Source: a virus
Strand: one strand, 5' to 3'
Length of the DNA stretch: 38,611 nt
IMG/VR virus record: IMGVR_UViG_3300046688_000010
Coordinates: 1-38,611 of that record
This document shows, in pieces, positions 33,782 to 38,611 of the stretch. Positions within the stretch are counted from its first letter, which is position 1, and every line of letters begins with the position of its first letter. The position numbers and the translations under genes were made by a program. The notes below the pieces were generated by a model. It worked only from the letters and a program-made list of their open reading frames with translations. It did no database searches and was not told where the DNA came from.

Positions 33782-36289
33782 ATGTATTCAGAGCAGCCCA
33801 CCGACCCGGTCGACAACAGCGACGAAGAGCTGGTCGACGACATTCTCGAGAAGCGCAAGCGCTCGGAGACGCACCTTGCCGAGTGGCGCAAGAAGGCTGA
33901 GATCTGGTACGACATGGTGGCCGGCAAGCAGTGGACGGCCGAGGACGAGGCGGCGCACAAAGACATGCGCAAGCCGTGCGTGAGCTTCAACAGAATTGCG
34001 GTGATGGTCAACGCCATCTGCGGATCCGAGAGCAACAACCGCCAGGAAGTGCAGTACAAGCCGCGGACGATCGATGACAGTGGGGTCAACGACCTGCTGA
34101 CTGAGGGCGCCAAGTGGGCCAGGGACCAATGCGACGCGGAAGACGAGGAAAGCGACGCCTTCCGCGACACCGTGATCTGCGGTTACGGCTGGACCGAAAC
34201 CAAGATGGACTACGAGTGCAACCCGGAGGGCATGGTTGAGGTGCCGCGCCGGGATCCGTTCGCGTTCCACTACGATCCGGCCGCGGTCAAGCGCAACTTG
34301 AGCGATATGCAGTGGGTGCAGTGCGACGACTGGCTCGACGATGAGACCATTCTCAGCCGTTGGCCGGAGGCGGAGTTGGTCGGCGGCCAGGAGCGACTGC
34401 CGGATACCACCCCGCACGACGCTAGCCGCGCGCCTTGGTATGAAAAGACCGCCACCGATGACGCCCCGGACGGCACGCGCTGCGTCGTGCATCACTGCTG
34501 GCGCGAGCGGGTCACGGTGTGGATGGTCAAGCAGCCTCCTCCCCCAACGCCTCCCCCTCTCCCCCAACTTGGGGGAGGAATGCCGGGAATGCCGCCCCCT
34601 GGAGCGCCCAATGGGCCGCCTGGCATGCCGAGACCGCCTATGCCCCCGGGCGCAGCCGGTGGCATGCCGGCGGGCCCGCCACCAGGGATGCCGCCGCCAC
34701 CGATGGGTCAGCCCAACCCGATGGGGCCGCCAATGCCGGGAATGCAGCCGCCGAATGCGGCAGGAATGCGTCCTCCCGGCATGCCGCCAATGCCTCCTGG
34801 AGCTCCCGCAATGGGCCCAGGAGGCCCGCCAGGCGCGGGTCCCGCAATGCCGCCCCCCGGTCCCGGAATGCGTCCGCCAATGCAACCGAATGCGGCTCCG
34901 CCACCCGGCATGCCGCCGATCGGGATGCCCCCAGGCGGGATGCCGATGCCCCCGCCGCGGCCGAAAAAGCCGCCCGAGATCGAAATGAGCGAGGAGGACT
35001 ATCAGCTGGCGCAGGAGCGGACGCTGCAGATGGGCCTGCCCCCGCTGAAAGGCAAGCGGCGCACGAAAGCGGTGTACAAGCAGGCCTTTTTGCTCGGCAA
35101 GCAGCTGCTCGAGGTGTCCGACGCGCCGTGTCAGTACGAATTCATCTACCAGGCGATCACCGGCTACCGAGATCACCTGAAAGGCACCTTCTACGGCGCC
35201 GTAGCGGTGATGGAAGACCCCCAGCGCTACGCCAATAAGATGCTCAGCCAGCTCCTGCACATGATCAATACCAACGCCAAGGGCGGGATATTGATCGAAG
35301 AGGGCGCGGTCAACGACATCCGCGAGCTGGAGAAGAATTGGGCCAAGACCGATGGGGTGACGTTGGTCAATGCCGGCGCGCTGTCGGGCGCCAAGATCCA
35401 GCCCAAGCCTATCCCGCAGTACCCGAAGTCGATCGACGAGCTATTGACCTTCTCGGTGAGCTCCATTCGCGACGCCAGCGGGGTGCCGCTGGAGATGGTC
35501 GGGCTGGCCGACAAAATGCAGCCCGGCATCGTCGAGGAGGCGCGCACCAATGCCGGCATGGGCAATGTGGCGACGCTGTTCGATGCCTTGCGCCACTATA
35601 GAAAGGCCCAGGGCCGGCTGTTGGCGCATTTCCTGATCGAGTACATGGCCGATGGGCGCCTGGTGCGCGTCGCCGGCCCGCTGGGTGAGAAATACGAACC
35701 GTTGCTGATCCAGCGCGGGGTGCTCGAGTACGACGTGGTGGTCGACGTCGCCCCGACCGCCAGGGACATGAAGGAAAAGACCTTCCTGGCGCTGATGAAG
35801 ATCGCCCCGATGGTGATGCAAGCCGGCGGCCCGGTGCCGGAGGAGGCGCTCGACTATGCGCCGTTGCCGGCCGGGCTCGCGGAGAGCTGGAAGAAGCAAA
35901 TTGCCGCGGCCAAGCAGGCCAAGTCGCAGCAGGGCGACCCGCAGGTGCAGATGGCGCAGGCGGTGGCCCAGGCCGAGCAGGCCAAGGCGCAAACCGCGCA
36001 GACCAAGGCCGGCGCCGACATCCAGCTGAAGCAGCTCGAGCTGCAGGCGCAACAGCAGGCGCTGCAGACCCAGGCGCAGATGAAGCAGATGGAGATGCAG
36101 CTGAAGCAGCTGGACCTGCAAATGGCCCAGCAGCAGTCGCAGTGGAAGGCCGAAGAGCACCGGATGGCGATGGAGCTGCAGACGCTGAAAGTGCAGGGCG
36201 AGCAGCAGAAGCAGGGCGTGGAGATGATGAAGTCGGCGCACGAGGTGCAGCGCATGCAGGCCGCACCACTGGCGCCGACCGTGCAGTGA
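33782..36289 (+). CDS. Portal protein with a Pro/Gly/Met-rich insertion and a C-terminal Gln-rich coiled coil
   Basis: 835 aa, positioned before the scaffold and capsid genes. The N-terminal WYDMVAGKQW / SFNRIAVMVNAICGSE pattern is typical of podovirus portals (from memory). The insert lies at nt ~34530-34975. Confidence 0.9.
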   Translation: MYSEQPTDPVDNSDEELVDDILEKRKRSETHLAEWRKKAEIWYDMVAGKQWTAEDEAAHKDMRKPCVSFNRIAVMVNAICGSESNNRQEVQYKPRTIDDSGVNDLLTEGAKWARDQCDAEDEESDAFRDTVICGYGWTETKMDYECNPEGMVEVPRRDPFAFHYDPAAVKRNLSDMQWVQCDDWLDDETILSRWPEAELVGGQERLPDTTPHDASRAPWYEKTATDDAPDGTRCVVHHCWRERVTVWMVKQPPPPTPPPLPQLGGGMPGMPPPGAPNGPPGMPRPPMPPGAAGGMPAGPPPGMPPPPMGQPNPMGPPMPGMQPPNAAGMRPPGMPPMPPGAPAMGPGGPPGAGPAMPPPGPGMRPPMQPNAAPPPGMPPIGMPPGGMPMPPPRPKKPPEIEMSEEDYQLAQERTLQMGLPPLKGKRRTKAVYKQAFLLGKQLLEVSDAPCQYEFIYQAITGYRDHLKGTFYGAVAVMEDPQRYANKMLSQLLHMINTNAKGGILIEEGAVNDIRELEKNWAKTDGVTLVNAGALSGAKIQPKPIPQYPKSIDELLTFSVSSIRDASGVPLEMVGLADKMQPGIVEEARTNAGMGNVATLFDALRHYRKAQGRLLAHFLIEYMADGRLVRVAGPLGEKYEPLLIQRGVLEYDVVVDVAPTARDMKEKTFLALMKIAPMVMQAGGPVPEEALDYAPLPAGLAESWKKQIAAAKQAKSQQGDPQVQMAQAVAQAEQAKAQTAQTKAGADIQLKQLELQAQQQALQTQAQMKQMEMQLKQLDLQMAQQQSQWKAEEHRMAMELQTLKVQGEQQKQGVEMMKSAHEVQRMQAAPLAPTVQ

Positions 36290-36304
36290 GCGTAAGGAGG
36301 CAAC

Positions 36305-37207
36305 ATGTTCAGTGAGACCGTGGCGGCGGCCAACCCGCCCACAGCAGAGGAGGTGAAGGCAACTTCACCGGAAGTGCAGACGACCGAGCCAAGCTCGGGG
36401 GCGGCAACGCAGGAAGATGACCGCGAGAGCGGGGAAAAGCAGCACGATGACCCGAAAGTACTGATCGGGGCGGTGACCCGCTTACGGGCGGAGCGCCGGC
36501 AGATGGAGGCGGAGGCCAAGCAGCGCGACGCGCAGCTGCAGCAGTTCATGCAGGTCCAGGCCCAGCGCGACCAGGAATGGCAGATCGCGCAGCAGCGCAT
36601 GCAGCAGGTGCTGGCCGCGCAGTATGCCGAACCGGAGCCGGACAAGAACGTCGACCCGCTGGCCTATGTCGCGCGCAAGTCGGAGCAGGCCGCGGCCGAG
36701 GTGCAGGCCATGCGCCAGCAGCAGTACCAGCGCGACCAGGCGCAGTGGGCGGCGCAGCAGCAGTACGCACAGCAGGCAAACCAGCAGGCCGCGGTGCAGC
36801 AGTTCGTGCACCGGGTGACCGCCAGCGAGGCCCAGTTCCGGCAGGAGCACCCCGACTACCAGGAGGCGCTGACCTATGCCGTGAACCGGCGCACCAAGGA
36901 GCTCACCGCGGCTGGTTGGGATCCCGAGGATGCGCGCGGCATTGCCGGCAACGACTCGCGCAACCTGGCGCTGCAGTGGGTGCAACGCGGACAGGACCCG
37001 GCGCAGATGGCCTACGCGATGGCGCAGGCGATGGGCTATCAGCCGCTGGACGCGGAGGCGATGCACGAGCACGGCCAGCGCGCGACAAAGCCCTCCGGGG
37101 GCGGCGCGGCGCGCGGTAAGCTGACCGTGCGCCAGATCGCCAATATGACCCCGATGCAGCTGGCGCGCATCAGCGACGAGGACTTCAAGGCCGCCATGGG
37201 CGGCTGA
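36305..37207 (+). CDS. Scaffolding protein candidate
   Basis: 300 aa. AAGGAGG precedes the ATG. Gln/Ala-rich and helical, lying between the portal and capsid genes. Confidence 0.7.
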   Translation: MFSETVAAANPPTAEEVKATSPEVQTTEPSSGAATQEDDRESGEKQHDDPKVLIGAVTRLRAERRQMEAEAKQRDAQLQQFMQVQAQRDQEWQIAQQRMQQVLAAQYAEPEPDKNVDPLAYVARKSEQAAAEVQAMRQQQYQRDQAQWAAQQQYAQQANQQAAVQQFVHRVTASEAQFRQEHPDYQEALTYAVNRRTKELTAAGWDPEDARGIAGNDSRNLALQWVQRGQDPAQMAYAMAQAMGYQPLDAEAMHEHGQRATKPSGGGAARGKLTVRQIANMTPMQLARISDEDFKAAMGG

Positions 37208-37379
37208 ACAATAGGCGCGGGTCCGAAGAGGTTTTGGACATCGCCTAGAAATAAAGTAGGAAGATCGGCCTGGGGTGCCGCAAACCCCGATCGTTTGCTC
37301 ACCGACGCAAGGGTGAGAGATCGCTTCCATCCAGCGCGAGTGATGGGAACTTTTTCTCAACCACTTTGGAGCAAATGAA

Positions 37380-38438
37380 ATGGCAGATACCAGCTATCTG
37401 GTCAACGACCCGTTGACCGTAAAGGCCTGGGCCAAGAAGTTATTCGTGGACGCGTTGAAAGAGACGAAAGCGGATAAATTCATGGGCACTACGAGCTCGA
37501 GCCTGATCCAGATCCGCGACGAGCTGTCCAAGGGCGCCGGCGATCGCATCACGCTCGGCCTGCGCATGCAGCTGACCCAGCCGGGCGTGCTCGGCGACGG
37601 GACGCTCGAGGGCAACGAGGAGGCGCTCACGACGTACAGCGACGCGATCCTGATCGACCAATTGCGGCACGCCACACGCTCGGCCGGGAAGATGTCCGAG
37701 CAGAGGGTCACCTTCAGCATCCGCAACGAAAACAAGATGGGCCTCCAGGACTGGTGGAGCGACCGCATTGACACTGCATTTTTTAACCAAGTGTGCGGTT
37801 ACACCTTGCAGACCGACGTGCGCTTCACCGGGCTGCAGCCGGCGATCGCGCCCGATGTCAGTCGGCGGATCTGGGCCGGCACTTCGATCACTGACGACAC
37901 TACGCTCGCGGTGGGCGACATCTTCACCCTGAAGCTGATCGACGTCGCGGTCGAGCGGGCGTCGACGCTGAACCCGACCATCCGCCCGCTGATGATCGGT
38001 GGTGAGAAAAAATGGGTCTGTTTCTTACACCCCTATCAAGTCTATGACCTGCGTACCAATACCAATGTCGGCCAGTGGTTAGATATTCAAAAAGCAGCTC
38101 TGATGGGCGGTAACGAGAGCAAAAACCCGATCTACACCGGCGCGCTGGGCGAGTACAACTCGTGCATTTTGCATATGGACAAGCGGGTGACTACCGGCAT
38201 CACCAATGCCGGGGTGGATAAGCCGACGGTGCGTCGGGCTGCGTTCTGCGGCGCCCAGGCGGCGTGTTTTGCGTACGGTGGCGACGGTGGCCAGGAGATC
38301 CAATGGGTAGAGGAGCTCTTTGACTACAAAAACCGCTTGGGCGTGAGCGCCGGGATGATCTGGGGCCTCAAAAAGGTCATGTTCAACAACGTCGACTTCG
38401 GTGCTTTGACGATCTCGACCACTGCCGTCGCGCACTAA
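37380..38438 (+). CDS. Major capsid protein (HK97 fold; N4-gp56-like family as I recall it)
   Basis: 352 aa. GGAG precedes the ATG. The pattern GAGDRITLGLRMQL...GDGTLEGNEEAL...IDQLRHA... and the C-terminal FAYGG...W.EE.FDY.N..GV are typical of this capsid family. Synteny agrees. Confidence 0.92.
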   Translation: MADTSYLVNDPLTVKAWAKKLFVDALKETKADKFMGTTSSSLIQIRDELSKGAGDRITLGLRMQLTQPGVLGDGTLEGNEEALTTYSDAILIDQLRHATRSAGKMSEQRVTFSIRNENKMGLQDWWSDRIDTAFFNQVCGYTLQTDVRFTGLQPAIAPDVSRRIWAGTSITDDTTLAVGDIFTLKLIDVAVERASTLNPTIRPLMIGGEKKWVCFLHPYQVYDLRTNTNVGQWLDIQKAALMGGNESKNPIYTGALGEYNSCILHMDKRVTTGITNAGVDKPTVRRAAFCGAQAACFAYGGDGGQEIQWVEELFDYKNRLGVSAGMIWGLKKVMFNNVDFGALTISTTAVAH

Positions 38439-38449
38439 GGAGACTGATC

Positions 38450-38611
38450 ATGCCGACAGGAGTAGTTGCAACGAATGCGCGGAATTTTCACCAGCAGATG
38501 GTGCATTACCTGCGCCGTGGAATTGACTACACGCTGAAGGGTGGCGTGGTCGATGTCGGGACCATCCCCGCCGGGTCGCTGATCGTTTATTCGGCCTCGG
38601 GGGTGTTCGTG
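38450..38611 (+). CDS. 5' part of the junction-spanning capsid-associated gene (continues at base 1)
   Basis: AAGGAG lies 7 nt upstream of ATG 38450. From 38485 onward the sequence is identical to 1..127. Confidence 0.7.
   Translation, partial: MPTGVVATNARNFHQQMVHYLRRGIDYTLKGGVVDVGTIPAGSLIVYSASGVFV
38485..38611. repeat. 127-bp exact duplicate of window bases 1..127 (circular closure or terminal redundancy)
   Basis: Direct comparison: TTTTCACCAGCAGATGGTGCATTACC...GGGGTGTTCGTG occurs at both ends. Confidence 0.97.

Overview
The window is a complete dsDNA phage genome. Bases 1..127 recur exactly at 38485..38611, so the unit length is 38,484 bp (circular closure or terminal redundancy), and one gene spans the junction. 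The DNA is GC-rich with a strong G/C third-codon-position bias. Genes are tightly packed and mostly translationally coupled through ATGA, TGATG or GTGA overlaps.

Four transcription blocks are visible:
1. A + strand late operon runs from about 29.67 kb through the junction to 18.2 kb. It encodes a TerS-like protein, TerL, a 2-kb accessory insert (RNA polymerase alpha-CTD-like protein, Cys/His knuckle peptides, coiled coils), a portal with a ~150-aa Pro/Gly/Met insert, scaffold and major capsid. These are followed by a small capsid-associated protein, adaptor-like and nozzle-like proteins, a collagen-like tail fibre, a second fibre protein, and about 10.6 kb of low-complexity internal-virion candidates.
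2. A - strand early operon runs 24146 -> 18117. It encodes SSB, a Rad52-type annealase, a DUF1364-like nuclease, an AlpA-like HTH protein and many small ORFs. It is driven by two copies of a duplicated sigma70-type promoter module.
3. A divergent + strand operon starts with a Cro/YdaS-like HTH gene. It continues with a strong intrinsic terminator, small membrane ORFs, a ~0.4-kb ORF-free highly structured region, two PD-(D/E)XK nucleases and a canonical collagen-repeat protein.
4. A - strand accessory operon runs 29467 -> 27913 and ends in a ribbon-helix-helix gene.

I recognised no DNA polymerase, primase, helicase, initiator, phage RNA polymerase, integrase, CI-type repressor, endolysin, tRNA or CRISPR array.

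The best candidate for something undescribed is the structured noncoding island at 24992..25488, which is flanked by two unrelated repeat pairs that share a 31-bp period. Other notable items are the alpha-CTD-like late protein, the Pro/Gly/Met insert in the portal, interdigitated antisense gene overlaps at the convergent junctions, and the duplicated promoter module.

All functional calls come from reading the translations and recalling family motifs. No database search was run.
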